Positions 46,990 through 57,253 of a stretch of DNA of 64,000 nt are shown in pieces; the stretch's first letter is position 1; every line of letters begins with the position of its first letter. The notes beneath the pieces were generated by a model. The model saw nothing but the letters and a program-made list of their open reading frames with translations, did not search any database and was not told the DNA's origin. Source of the stretch: Dehalococcoidia bacterium. GTDB taxonomy: Bacteria; Chloroflexota; Dehalococcoidia; Lucifugimonadales; VXLM01. The DNA lies in contig DAOUKG010000032.1 in NCBI GenBank assembly GCA_034421575.1, positions 6,873-70,872 of the forward strand, written 5' to 3'. The translations under genes were made by a program, and so were the position numbers.

Positions 46990-48450
46990 ATGTCGACCAC
47001 CGATATCTCCCTGATGGCACACTTGATGCGGCGGGCCGGAATGGGCGCGACGCGGGACGAATTGGAAGCGCTGGTGGCCCAGGGCTATGAGGCCGTCGTG
47101 GACGACCTGGTCCACCCGGAGCGTTTTTCGCGGGGCGACCCGGACATCATCCACCCGTACCTGCACGGTCCCCTGCCGGAGGAGCCGTCACCCGACGACA
47201 ACGAGGACATCCTGCTGCGATACTATCGCGGCATCGGCGCGCCGGGGGCATCGTCGCCGGGGAAGTGGATCTTCCTGATGGTCAATTCCAAGCGCCCGCT
47301 GAAGGAGAAGATGGGCCTCTTCTGGCACCAGGTATTCGCCTGCGCGCCGTCGAAGTCGGCGCATCCGAGGACGAACCGCCGCCAGCTTGAGATGTTCCGG
47401 CGGGTCGGTATGGCCGACTTCCGCACGATCCTGCTCGAACTGTCGATGGACCCGTCGATGCTGTTCTGGCTGGACAACAACGAGAACCACAAGGACGAGC
47501 CGAACGAGAACTACGGACGGGAGCTGCTCGAACTGTTCTCGATGGGAGTCGGTAACTACACGGAGGAGGACGTCAAGAGCTCGGCGTACGCCTTCACGGG
47601 GTGGAGCTTCGTTCAGCCCGCGCACGGCGCGGTGCCGTACGGCAAGTGGGCGACGCGGTTCGAGTTCCGCGAGGCCGATCATGATTATGGGGATAAGACG
47701 TTCCTCGGGGTGACCGGCCCGCTGGACGGCACCGACGTGATCGACATGGTCATCGACCAGCCCGCGACGGCGCGATTCATCTCAAGGCACCTGTACAACT
47801 TCTTCGTCGCGGACGAGCCTCCGGTGGCCGCGTGGAACGAGATACCGCCCCTGGACCCGGAGGCCATCGACACGCTCATGGCGGCCTACTTCGAGTCGGG
47901 CGGAAGCATCGCCCACATGCTGCAGGTGCTGTTCAACTCCGACTTCTTCAAGAACGCGCGATTCGCCAAGGTCAAGAGTCCGACCGAGCTCGTGGGCGGC
48001 GTGCTCAAGCTCATCGGCACCTACCGCGAGGCGAACCCGGGGATAGACCACTACGCCGGGGCGACCTCCCTCATGGGACAGCAGTTGATGGGGCCCCTGA
48101 CGGTAGAGGGCTGGCAGACCGGTTCAGGCTGGATCAATGGCGGCACACTGAACGAGCGCGTGAACTTTGCCGTCGATGAGGTGTCCGATCCCGACAAGCC
48201 GGGCATCCGGGACATCATCGAGCGCCTGCGCGCCCGGAACGGCAGCGCGCTGACGCCGGAAGAGCTTGTGGACGGGTGCCTCGATCTCGTCGGCCCCATC
48301 GAGGTCGAGGAGGACACGCGACAGGAGCTCATCGCCGAGGCGGCAGCAGATGGCAACATCGTCTTCAACGGCAACAGGGAAGCTACCGACGAGCGGATCG
48401 TCAACATGCTTCAGCTTATCGTATCGACGCGGGAGTTCCAGTTCGGATAG
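46990..48450 (+). CDS. DUF1800 family protein
   Basis: HLMRRAG, EKMGLFWH, MLFWLDN and PNENYGRELLELFSMG. Confidence 0.9.
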   Translation: MSTTDISLMAHLMRRAGMGATRDELEALVAQGYEAVVDDLVHPERFSRGDPDIIHPYLHGPLPEEPSPDDNEDILLRYYRGIGAPGASSPGKWIFLMVNSKRPLKEKMGLFWHQVFACAPSKSAHPRTNRRQLEMFRRVGMADFRTILLELSMDPSMLFWLDNNENHKDEPNENYGRELLELFSMGVGNYTEEDVKSSAYAFTGWSFVQPAHGAVPYGKWATRFEFREADHDYGDKTFLGVTGPLDGTDVIDMVIDQPATARFISRHLYNFFVADEPPVAAWNEIPPLDPEAIDTLMAAYFESGGSIAHMLQVLFNSDFFKNARFAKVKSPTELVGGVLKLIGTYREANPGIDHYAGATSLMGQQLMGPLTVEGWQTGSGWINGGTLNERVNFAVDEVSDPDKPGIRDIIERLRARNGSALTPEELVDGCLDLVGPIEVEEDTRQELIAEAAADGNIVFNGNREATDERIVNMLQLIVSTREFQFG

Positions 48451-48502
48451 GTTGGCAGCCCAAATGCAGCTTCGCAGGGGTTCCTGCGAAAGGAGAACCA
48501 CA

Positions 48503-49636
48503 ATGACAACCGCAGAGCGTGATCCCGTACTGGTAATCGTGCAGCTGGTCGGCGGGAACGACTTCATGAACACGGTAATTCCCTACACGAACCCCCTGTA
48601 CCACGACGTGCGTCCGGGCCTCGCATTTTCCGAGGACGAGGTGCTGCCCATCGACGACACGCTGGCGTTCAACCCCCACGCCGCGCCGCTCAAGGAGATG
48701 TACGACGAGGGCAAGATGGCGGTCGTGCAGGGAGTGGGGTACCCGAACTCCAGCCGGTCGCACTTCCGCAGCACGTACATCTGGCAGACGTGCGAGCCGG
48801 ACACCATCGCCACCGAGGGCTGGCTGGGGCAGGCCATCGGCGAGATGGACCCCGACAAGGAGAACTCCCTTACGGGCGTCAACTTCGGACGCGGACTGCC
48901 GCAGTCCTTCGTGTCGAAGGGAGTGCCCGTAACGTCGGTGGCCGATCTCGACAACTACGGCATCATGACGAGCATCTCCGATCCCGACCGCCGGAGCCTG
49001 TCCTTGGAGCGGTTCAAGAACATGTACGCGCCGGTGGCGGGCACGGGGCCGGTCATGGACTACCTCTCCGAGACCGGCCAGGGCGTGCTCAGCGGCGCGG
49101 ACGACCTCAAGAGGGCCCCGGCGATGTACAAGTCGGACGTGGAGTATGCGTCGAACCCGCTGGCCAAGAGTCTGCGCGACATCGCCCGTGTGCACCTGGC
49201 GGACCTCGGCACGAGGGTCTTCCACACGAGTCACGGCGACTACGACACGCACTCACGGCAGGAGATGACGCATGAGCAGGACATGGTCGAGCTCTCACGG
49301 GGCATCGCCGACTTCTTCCAGGACCTCGAGGAGCACGACGCGGCGGACAACGTGCTCATGCTCGTCTGGACGGAATTCGGACGAAGGCTGGCGGACAACG
49401 GATCGGGGACCGACCACGGTTCCGGCGGCGGCGCGTTCCTGATCGGCAACATGGTGTCGGGCGGGATGTACGCCGAGTACCCGTCGCTGGAGCAGCCCAA
49501 GCTCGCCAACGGCGAGGACCTGGCTCACACCTATGACTTCCGGGGACTCTACGCGACCATACTGGAGCAGTACCTCGGGATGGACTCGAAGCCGATTGTC
49601 GGCGGCACGTTCGAGCAGCTTTCGGTATTCAACTAG
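48503..49636 (+). CDS. DUF1501 family protein
   Basis: LVIVQLVGGND, RSHFRS, YDTH, WTEFGRR and GTDHG; ATG 48503 with an AGGAG RBS. Confidence 0.9.
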   Translation: MTTAERDPVLVIVQLVGGNDFMNTVIPYTNPLYHDVRPGLAFSEDEVLPIDDTLAFNPHAAPLKEMYDEGKMAVVQGVGYPNSSRSHFRSTYIWQTCEPDTIATEGWLGQAIGEMDPDKENSLTGVNFGRGLPQSFVSKGVPVTSVADLDNYGIMTSISDPDRRSLSLERFKNMYAPVAGTGPVMDYLSETGQGVLSGADDLKRAPAMYKSDVEYASNPLAKSLRDIARVHLADLGTRVFHTSHGDYDTHSRQEMTHEQDMVELSRGIADFFQDLEEHDAADNVLMLVWTEFGRRLADNGSGTDHGSGGGAFLIGNMVSGGMYAEYPSLEQPKLANGEDLAHTYDFRGLYATILEQYLGMDSKPIVGGTFEQLSVFN

Positions 49637-49653
49637 GCAACTCGCGCTATCGC

Positions 49654-51684
49654 ATGATTCTCCAAGACCGCCAAATGACTTTGAATGAACTGGACGAGTC
49701 TGCTGAACTCGGGCACAGTCTCATGATAGATCATTCGTTTCCAGAGACATTCGCCGACGAACTTGCTCGTCGCGAAGTGTTCAACAAACACCTCTTCCGT
49801 CCTAATACGTATCTGCACAAGTGGTGGGCGCGGCGTTGCGGCACAATGTTCCGGACAATACTCAAACAGTTCGTGCCCGGAACCGAACGGCGTGATTACT
49901 ATGCGCCGGGGGGGCTCGAAGGCAAAACCGTACTGGACCCGATGATGGGGGGTGGCACAACTCTTCATGAAGCGATTCGATTGGGCGCCAATGTGATAGG
50001 AGCGGACATTGATCCTATCCCGGTCGTGCAGGCGCGGACCTCCCTCAGCTATGCCACGACGGAAGGCCTACGGGCCGCGTTCAATCACTTTCATGCCAAC
50101 CTCTACAGTAGTTTGGGACACTACTTCATAACTGAATGCCCAACCTGTCAGAAAACAGTCGATATTCAGTACACCCTGCAAGGGTCGCGTAAAGTATGTG
50201 GTTGTAGGGAAGTCATACAAATCGACCAATATGACTTGCGTCATGAGGCTGATAGGACGATAAGCATTTCTCCCAGCGATATGGGCATTCGTGACAACCA
50301 TGATCAAGAGGCGTCAGATTCTAACACATTACGTTTGATTACGAAATCTGAAACAAAATGTCCAAACTGCGGACAGAAATATCGAGATCTGCTTGACTTG
50401 CCCTTTTATGAACGTTATTCGCCAATAGCGATTGTTGCCGCTTGTGTTGAGCACGGCATCTTTTTCCGTGCCCCTGATGACGCAGACCGACAGCGCATCA
50501 AGCAGGCCGATGAGAGGCGACATGAGTTGAATATGGGTCCGATTGAGGACTTTCGCGTGATAGATGGGCCGAAAGCTGGCGACCTGCTAAAGCGTAATGT
50601 TCACTCGTATCTTGATCTCTTCTCGTCCCGACAGCTCTTATACCTTCATCAGTCTATTCGACAATTGCGAGAATACGAAGAGGTTGAGAGGCTCAATCTA
50701 GCGATGCTCGTCTCGGCGTCTCTCGAATTCAATGCGATGCTCTGTGGCTACAAAGGCTGGTACAAACGTCGTCCAGGCGCGATTCGACACGTCTTCGCCT
50801 TGCACGCATACTCTTTCCCATACACCGCGTTGGAGAATAATCCGATCAATCCTCGTAAATCATCGGGTAACTTGCAATTGCTGTTTCGTGATCGCATTGA
50901 GCGCGGTCGCAAATGGGCAGCCCTGCCGATTGAACGAAGAATCGGAGAAGACGGCAAAAGCCAATTGGTCAAGATGCCAGGAGAATTGGATGCCGGCCTT
51001 GAAGTTTTCGATCAGGCCGATCTGACATACGGACTGCGGAAGTTTTGGCTCATTTATGGCGACTCTCAAGACTTGCCCGTCGACAGCCGCTCCGTAGACC
51101 TCATAGTGACTGACCCGCCCTACTATGACAGTGTACAGTACAGTGATCTTGCGGCCTTCTTCCGAGTTTGGTTGACACGCTTGCTTCCAGACGAACTTGA
51201 ATGGAGCTATGACCAGTCCAATAGCGCGGTCGCGACGAATGGCACGAGTGACGGTAGCAGTTTTACAAGAGTGTTGTCGAGAATCTTTGCCGAATGCGCA
51301 CGCGTGTTGAAGAGTCAGACGGGTCGCATGGTGTTTACCTTTCATCACTGGGATCCCGCTGCGTGGGCAGAACTGACGATAGCACTTAAGACCGCTGGCT
51401 TTAGGCTGGTGAACTCATATGCGGTATACTCTGAGCATCCTATCTCGGTTCATATCAGAGATTTGAACGCAATCACCCATGACAGTATTCTTGTCCTTGC
51501 TCTTGACAGCGATAATCAAGATACCCAGTGGTCAGTCCCAACCCGCATTAATACCGATGATAGTGAAACGTTTTGCAGACAATGCGGCGCGACTCTTGGT
51601 TGGTTGTTAGATACTCAATTGTCTCCGTCCGAGATACGTACGATTTGGAAAGAGTTGATTGAGGAAGACTACATTGTCAACTAA
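49654..51684 (+). CDS. Amino-DNA methyltransferase (DUF1156-like, with Cys clusters)
   Basis: LHKWWARR, motif I LDPMMGGGT, CxxC clusters, motif IV TDPPYY; lower GC. Confidence 0.88.
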   Translation: MILQDRQMTLNELDESAELGHSLMIDHSFPETFADELARREVFNKHLFRPNTYLHKWWARRCGTMFRTILKQFVPGTERRDYYAPGGLEGKTVLDPMMGGGTTLHEAIRLGANVIGADIDPIPVVQARTSLSYATTEGLRAAFNHFHANLYSSLGHYFITECPTCQKTVDIQYTLQGSRKVCGCREVIQIDQYDLRHEADRTISISPSDMGIRDNHDQEASDSNTLRLITKSETKCPNCGQKYRDLLDLPFYERYSPIAIVAACVEHGIFFRAPDDADRQRIKQADERRHELNMGPIEDFRVIDGPKAGDLLKRNVHSYLDLFSSRQLLYLHQSIRQLREYEEVERLNLAMLVSASLEFNAMLCGYKGWYKRRPGAIRHVFALHAYSFPYTALENNPINPRKSSGNLQLLFRDRIERGRKWAALPIERRIGEDGKSQLVKMPGELDAGLEVFDQADLTYGLRKFWLIYGDSQDLPVDSRSVDLIVTDPPYYDSVQYSDLAAFFRVWLTRLLPDELEWSYDQSNSAVATNGTSDGSSFTRVLSRIFAECARVLKSQTGRMVFTFHHWDPAAWAELTIALKTAGFRLVNSYAVYSEHPISVHIRDLNAITHDSILVLALDSDNQDTQWSVPTRINTDDSETFCRQCGATLGWLLDTQLSPSEIRTIWKELIEEDYIVN

Positions 51685-52528
51685 ACCAGGCAATCGACCG
51701 ATTGAAATTTTTGGTTACCCCATATGGAACCGGACTAAGGAGGCGCAAGACGCTCGTAGACGTTACTGGTGTCCATTCCAAGAAGTCCAATGCACGAAGA
51801 AGAGTCGACTCATTGATTTTCCTTTTGGAGTTTGTTCTGCGGAACATGGTGGTGGATTTCGCGCGATTTGCCCGAATCGCTTTGAGGAACAAGGCTCAAT
51901 TCATGGCGTTTCAAAAGTTATTGAAGACGTCACGTTACATTACTTTGGAGATTCCAACAACATTATTGTCTTTCCTGAAGTCAACCTTCCCAATATCGGC
52001 AACATTGACTACGTTCTTGTGAGACACAAGCCCATGAAGCCCGAAGTTGATGACTTTATATCTGTCGAATTCCAGTCCAATTCTACGACAAGCACAAGAG
52101 GGCTGGTTGATGGAATGACCGAATTCCTTCAAGGGGATGATATCCAGAGCGAATCATACAAATTCGGTATGAACACATATGATTCTATAAAACGTGCAGT
52201 AACTCAGCTCATAAATAAAGGCATTGTATACGAACTATGGGATACGAAATGTTATTGGGTTATCCAAGAATATATATACACTAACTTAGTAAATAGGTAC
52301 GGTTTCAAGACAGAGGGATATTCAGCAAATCATGCCTCTCGCTTCGCACTGTACAATCTTGTTCCAAAAGGTAATAGACTGTCCTTGAAAGGTACGCGAT
52401 TCGTCTCCACCACTGTGGACGAGGTGTACCGGGCGATGCGAAATAACCCTAGTATTCCAAAGAAGGATGAGTTTGTGAACAAACTGAATGCTAAACTGCG
52501 GCTTGAGCTGAGTATACATACCGGCTGA
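51674..52528 (+). CDS. NotI-like type II restriction endonuclease
   Basis: CPF..C.K..GVCS..CPNRF (four Cys), GNIDYVLV and VEFQS; TTG start with a GAGGA RBS overlapping the MTase end. Confidence 0.8.
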   Translation: MSTKPGNRPIEIFGYPIWNRTKEAQDARRRYWCPFQEVQCTKKSRLIDFPFGVCSAEHGGGFRAICPNRFEEQGSIHGVSKVIEDVTLHYFGDSNNIIVFPEVNLPNIGNIDYVLVRHKPMKPEVDDFISVEFQSNSTTSTRGLVDGMTEFLQGDDIQSESYKFGMNTYDSIKRAVTQLINKGIVYELWDTKCYWVIQEYIYTNLVNRYGFKTEGYSANHASRFALYNLVPKGNRLSLKGTRFVSTTVDEVYRAMRNNPSIPKKDEFVNKLNAKLRLELSIHTG

Positions 52529-52552
52529 ATATATGAGGGCAGAGCAATCGCT

Positions 52553-53929
52553 ATGAATAAGACCACGCTCAGGAACATCGCCATCGTCGTGGGCGTAATC
52601 TTGTTCGTCCCGGCCTTTGTGATCTCCCCTCCGTTTGCGGTTATCCTGGTCGTCATTGTCGTTGGCGCGTGGTACGTGGCCACGCAGATTGTCGGCAATT
52701 CCGAAGTAAGTGTGAAGAAGGAAGGGAAGACCGACCGGCTGTACAAGATGTGGATACCCGTACGAGACGAGATGTCTGAAGTGGTGAGAATGGGCGGCAA
52801 GGTGACGTCGTCTTTTTCGGTGTGGACCGCCGTACCGAATCTCTACAAGCAGGAGACGCCCGCGACGTTCCACCAGGGAATGGAGCGGTACGTCAACAAG
52901 CGAGCAGAGGTCGCGGCGCTCGTGGTCGGCAAGACCAGCACGGAAGAAATGTGGCAACAGCAGGAAATGGACCAGCAGGAACTGCTGTTCATGAGCCGGG
53001 AGCTGCTTGAAGAGGCAAGGAAGGGCGTCAAAGCCCTGTCGGGTTCCGAGCAGACGGTCGGAAGCGAAAGAGCCTCACGGGTGGCAGCGAAGGCCCAACC
53101 GACGAGAGCCGCTGCAACCCGACCGAGCGCGACATCTGGTGTTGGGAGGCCACGGCCGAGCGCGGCATCCCGTGCCACGCAAGCACGGCCCCCAACCCGT
53201 ACACGCACGACGCCAACCCGTCCTGCTCCGTCTACGATGAGAAGCGCCGTTGAGAGTCCCGCGCCCGCACCGCCACGAATAACAGCCGCGCCCGAGCCGC
53301 CGGGGCCTGTCGTGGCTGCTCCCACTCCTCGCGAACGGGAACACACACCGGAGCCGGCTGCGGCGTCCGTTTCCACTCCGGGAGTTGCGTCGGAGCCGGA
53401 GGTGGTGGAGGAAACAAGACCACCCGAACCCGCCGTTGTCGCCTCAACTCCCAGTGTGCCGGAGCCTGCCGCTACTCCACCCGAACCTGCCGTTGTCGCC
53501 TCAACTCCCAGTGTGCCGGAGGCTGATGCGACTCCAGGTGAGCCGACGGGCGACCTGAGCCTCGACGTGGCGTCGGTGTGCGAAGAACTCTTCAATCCCA
53601 AGATCATGAGCTACGAGGCCAATCGTCTATTCGACGACAGGTACAAGGACGCGACCGTCCGATGGACGGGCACGATGAGGCGAGCGAGCACGTATTCTTA
53701 CGACTTCAACTTCGGGGACGGTGGTGGAACGAAGGCCGAGTTGGACGTCTATGAAGTGAAGCAGCAGTACGGGAGCCGTACGGTACGCGCGTTTGTGCAG
53801 CTTCCGATGGAGGCCGCGGACGCTATTGGCGGGCGTATCGGTGAGGAGATGCAGTTCGAGGGCCGTCTGATGACCTGCGAAGGCTCCGCGAGACGCCTGT
53901 ACGTTGCCGACGCCCACCTGGTGGACTGA
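52553..53929 (+). CDS. Membrane-anchored protein, Pro-rich linker, C-terminal OB-fold-like domain (copy 1)
   Basis: N-terminal TM hairpin; low-complexity linker; RYKDATVRWTG C-terminal domain. Confidence 0.75.
   Translation: MNKTTLRNIAIVVGVILFVPAFVISPPFAVILVVIVVGAWYVATQIVGNSEVSVKKEGKTDRLYKMWIPVRDEMSEVVRMGGKVTSSFSVWTAVPNLYKQETPATFHQGMERYVNKRAEVAALVVGKTSTEEMWQQQEMDQQELLFMSRELLEEARKGVKALSGSEQTVGSERASRVAAKAQPTRAAATRPSATSGVGRPRPSAASRATQARPPTRTRTTPTRPAPSTMRSAVESPAPAPPRITAAPEPPGPVVAAPTPREREHTPEPAAASVSTPGVASEPEVVEETRPPEPAVVASTPSVPEPAATPPEPAVVASTPSVPEADATPGEPTGDLSLDVASVCEELFNPKIMSYEANRLFDDRYKDATVRWTGTMRRASTYSYDFNFGDGGGTKAELDVYEVKQQYGSRTVRAFVQLPMEAADAIGGRIGEEMQFEGRLMTCEGSARRLYVADAHLVD
53421..53534 (+). 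repeat. 57-bp in-frame tandem repeat (x2)
   Basis: cacccgaacc..gctactc twice, encoding PPEPAVVASTPSVPE(P/A)xATP. Confidence 0.85.
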
Positions 53930-53969
53930 CCGGGAGGACCCAAAGGGTCATTCAAAAGGGAGAATTCGA

Positions 53970-53996
53970 TGCCGCAGCCATACGCACTGTTGTGAG
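53970..53996 (+). pseudogene. Duplicated 5' stub of the NHL gene (MPQPYALL*)
   Basis: atgccgcagccatacgcactgttgTGA versus atgccacagccatacgcactgttgAGA at 55440. Confidence 0.75.
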
Positions 53997-54092
53997 CGGG
54001 ATTCCCGTGGATGCCGTCGGCGTAAAGGGCGCATTGACGATCCGCTGTGCATCGAGAGTTCGGCGACGAGAAAGACCTCTATGTGACAGACC

Positions 54093-55400
54093 ATGACCTA
54101 CAGGTATAGGACCATCATAATCATCGCTGCCGTTTCCGGCGCCATCTTTCTGACGATGGTGTACAACTTCCTTTCCGAAGCAGTGGCAATCTTTATAGCG
54201 ATATTCTCCATTTTTTTCACCATCGGGACATTCCTGCTATTGAGGAACGTCAACACCCCCGATGAATACGTGGAGCACTTTGGGGAGGCCGACGTTCTGA
54301 ACAGGATGTGGTACCCCATTCAGGAAGAGTTGATGGACGTGGTAAATGGCGGGGGCAAAGTGACGGAACCTGCGTCGGCCTGGAACACCGCTCCGAGTCT
54401 CTCCAAGAGGGAGACCAACAGGAATTTCTTTACAGGAATGCAGCGATATGTCCGGCAGCGAGAGCACGTCGCCGCGCTTGCCGCCGGTGACCTGGCGACT
54501 GAGGAGAGCCAGCAGGAATTGGCATCGGAACAGCAGGAATTGCTGTCCATGGCACAATGGTTGGTCGTGCAGGTCAACAGGGCCATTGATAAGAACCCTG
54601 CCTCTGCGACGATCGCAAGAGGGACCAGGCGTACGCGGCCAAGACCCCAGACCCAACGAAAAAGGTCTGCGACGGCGAGACCGGCGCCTCCACTCCCCAG
54701 GCCAACTTCCTTGAGGAGTGTCGAGACTGCCAGGAAGCCGAGTACGCCTCAGCCGGCTTCTCGTCCTGCGCCACTGAGGATATCGGACGTGCCGGAAACG
54801 CCTGAGCCGCCGGTTGCGCCGCCCGCTCCAAGCGCACCGGAACCTGTACGGATGCCTAGCGCGCCTCCCGACCCTGTACCATCGGTCGCGTCCGTCCCGG
54901 AAGTGGTGGAGGAGTCCAAGCGCCCTGAACCTGCGGCACCTGCACCTCCGCCTGAACCTGCCGTTGTCGCCTTAACTCCCAGTGTGCCGGAGCCTGCCGC
55001 TACTCCAACCGAGCCGACGGGCGCCCTGCGACTCGACGTGGCGTCGGTGTGCGAGGAACTGTTCAATCCCAAGATTATGAGCTACGAGGCCAATCGTCTG
55101 TTCGACGAACGGTACAAGGACGCTACGGTCCGATGGACCGGTACAGCGCGTCGAGCGAGCACCTATTCGTACGACTTCAACTTCGGGGACGGCGGCGGAA
55201 CGAAGGCCGAGTTGGACGTTTACGAGGTCAAGCAGCAGTACGGAAGCCGCACGGTCAAGGCGTTCGTGCAACTGCCGGTCGAGGCCGCCGGCGACATCGG
55301 CGGTCGTATAGGAGAAGACGTGCAGTTCGAGGGTCGTCTGATGACCTGCGAGGGCTCCGCGAGACGCCTGTATATTGCCGACGCCCGAATAGTGGACTGA
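54093..55400 (+). CDS. Membrane-anchored protein, OB-fold-like C-terminus (copy 2)
   Basis: C-terminal ~120 aa nearly identical to copy 1; N-terminus diverged. Confidence 0.75.
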   Translation: MTYRYRTIIIIAAVSGAIFLTMVYNFLSEAVAIFIAIFSIFFTIGTFLLLRNVNTPDEYVEHFGEADVLNRMWYPIQEELMDVVNGGGKVTEPASAWNTAPSLSKRETNRNFFTGMQRYVRQREHVAALAAGDLATEESQQELASEQQELLSMAQWLVVQVNRAIDKNPASATIARGTRRTRPRPQTQRKRSATARPAPPLPRPTSLRSVETARKPSTPQPASRPAPLRISDVPETPEPPVAPPAPSAPEPVRMPSAPPDPVPSVASVPEVVEESKRPEPAAPAPPPEPAVVALTPSVPEPAATPTEPTGALRLDVASVCEELFNPKIMSYEANRLFDERYKDATVRWTGTARRASTYSYDFNFGDGGGTKAELDVYEVKQQYGSRTVKAFVQLPVEAAGDIGGRIGEDVQFEGRLMTCEGSARRLYIADARIVD

Positions 55401-55439
55401 TCCGCAGGACCCAAAGGGTCATTCAAGAAGGAGAGTTCG

Positions 55440-56480
55440 ATGCCACAGCCATACGCACTGTTGAGAGCGGGATTCCCGTATTTGAAGACGGTCGGGGTCA
55501 AGAACGTCATCGACGACCCACTGGATGTTGCGTTCGGAGGGGATGGGCGAGTCTACGTGCTCGGCACCGCGCCGATTCGCATCACCAACATCGACCATGA
55601 GGACCTCGGAACGATCGGCAATCGCTCGTTCGGCGTCGAGTACGGCAGCAACGGGGATGTCATCTCCGTGCCGGAAGGGGAACTCTTCATGCCGGTGCAG
55701 GTCGTCCTTGACGGCGAGGACAATCTGTACGTGACCGACGAGGCGTGTCACACGGTCTCGATATTCTCCAAGGGCGACGAATTTCTCGCCCGCTGGGGTG
55801 AATACGGGACGGAGGAAGGACAGTTGAACCGTCCCTCCGGCATGGCGTTCGACGCCGACGAAAACCTCTACGTCGTCGATACCATGAACCACCGCGTGCA
55901 GCAGTTCACGAAGGACGGGCGGTATCTCAAGGGATGGGGCGGCTTTGGCGACGGCGCGGGGGAGTTCAACATGCCGTGGGGCGTGGCCCTGGACGACGAC
56001 GGCGACGTGTATGTCTCGGACTGGCGCAACGACAGGGTGCAGAAGTTCACGCCCGATGGCGAGTTCATCTTCGAGTTCGGCAAGACCGGCGACGGCAGGG
56101 GAGAGTTCGTGCGTCCGGCTGGCATCGCCGTCGACCATGACTTCGACATCTACGTCTGCGACTGGGGCAACAACCGCATCCAGCTATTCACCCCGGAGGG
56201 CAGGTACGTCCAGCAGTTCACCGGCGACGCGACGCTCTCCGAGCCCGCCATCGCCGCCATGCGGACGCGCCTCCGCACCGTTCGCCTTCGCACGATGGCA
56301 GATCTTGAGACGGAGAAGATGTTCCGTGGGCCGCGCTCAGTTCGCGTCGATGAGCAAGGCCTCATGTGGGTGCCCGACTTCGAGTCGTACCGCCTGCAGG
56401 TCTACCGCAAGGAGGCCTTCCAACTCGAACCGCACCAACTCGCCCCGCCGTTGAAAGCGCCGTCTCTCCAGCCGAACTAG
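55440..56480 (+). CDS. NHL-repeat beta-propeller protein
   Basis: Repeated FNMPWGVALD / DWRNDRVQKF units. Confidence 0.92.
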   Translation: MPQPYALLRAGFPYLKTVGVKNVIDDPLDVAFGGDGRVYVLGTAPIRITNIDHEDLGTIGNRSFGVEYGSNGDVISVPEGELFMPVQVVLDGEDNLYVTDEACHTVSIFSKGDEFLARWGEYGTEEGQLNRPSGMAFDADENLYVVDTMNHRVQQFTKDGRYLKGWGGFGDGAGEFNMPWGVALDDDGDVYVSDWRNDRVQKFTPDGEFIFEFGKTGDGRGEFVRPAGIAVDHDFDIYVCDWGNNRIQLFTPEGRYVQQFTGDATLSEPAIAAMRTRLRTVRLRTMADLETEKMFRGPRSVRVDEQGLMWVPDFESYRLQVYRKEAFQLEPHQLAPPLKAPSLQPN

Positions 56481-56491
56481 GGACACTAGCC

Positions 56492-56950
56492 CTACGGTCT
56501 AGCCTTAGCAAGATCGCGGGTTAGCTGGGCCTGGCCGTAGTGCTCGGCTGCATGGCGCGCCACGATTACGAGCAACTCGCGTCCGGCTATGCACCCGTAG
56601 TTGGCATGGTCCCGCTCTCGGTCGAGTTCGGATGAAGGTAGCTTTTCGATGGCGTCCGATATCTGTCCCTTTAGCTCGTTCCAGCGCGATACGATTTCTC
56701 CGGATGAGGCACCCACAGCTACGAATTCAGCATCTCGGTCGCGAGTGATGGGCAATTCGCAAAGGACGTTCAGAAGGTTGAACCGTACGTTGCCCATCGT
56801 GTGAGTGGCCAGGACGTAGAGGCTGTTGGCGTCTTCGAGTGGCTTCCAGTTCAGGGCGTCGCTGTCGAGACCTTCGAGGCAGGCGACGAGCTCGTCAACG
56901 GTGTTGCAGATCTTCTGCCAGTAGAGATCAATCTCCTGGGAAATTGGCAT
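56492..56950 (-). CDS. DinB/DUF664 family protein
   Basis: NSLYVLATH...HAAEHYGQ metal-binding His pattern; ATG 56950. Confidence 0.8.
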   Translation of the reverse strand: MPISQEIDLYWQKICNTVDELVACLEGLDSDALNWKPLEDANSLYVLATHTMGNVRFNLLNVLCELPITRDRDAEFVAVGASSGEIVSRWNELKGQISDAIEKLPSSELDRERDHANYGCIAGRELLVIVARHAAEHYGQAQLTRDLAKARP

Positions 56951-57253
56951 AGTGTTTTCCTTTCGAGAATGGGAGCTGCGCTGCGGAGGCTCCAACAACC
57001 GAAGGCTGTGCTATTCGCAAACGCGGAGCCCCAAGTATCCACCGCGGTCCAGTTGGTGACAACCCTAGAGAGGTTCCCCAAGCCCGTCAAGCGCCGGGAG
57101 GCAATGGAGCGAAACGGGGTCTACGGGTCCGAGCCGGTCTTCGGTGTGCTTCGTCCGTCCGTCGCGGTTTCAATTCGCCTTGCCTGATCGCACGAAGGAT
57201 GCCAGCATACTGGTAGAAGTGGATTGATCGCGTGCTGGAATCACAAAGCCTCG

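Noticed and set aside
53421-53534. 57-bp tandem repeat and REP clusters considered as a CRISPR array
   Set aside because: The repeat is in-frame coding with no spacers; REP clusters lack regular repeat-spacer periodicity; no cas genes are present.
53540-55400. Near-identical C-terminal segments (and the ankyrin duplicates) as a DGR template/variable pair
   Set aside because: Mismatches inspected are mostly third-position and not adenine-specific; no reverse transcriptase is in the window.
56960-57250. GC-rich intergenic region upstream of the DinB gene as a riboswitch/ncRNA
   Set aside because: No recognisable conserved motif; it would need an Infernal/Rfam search.
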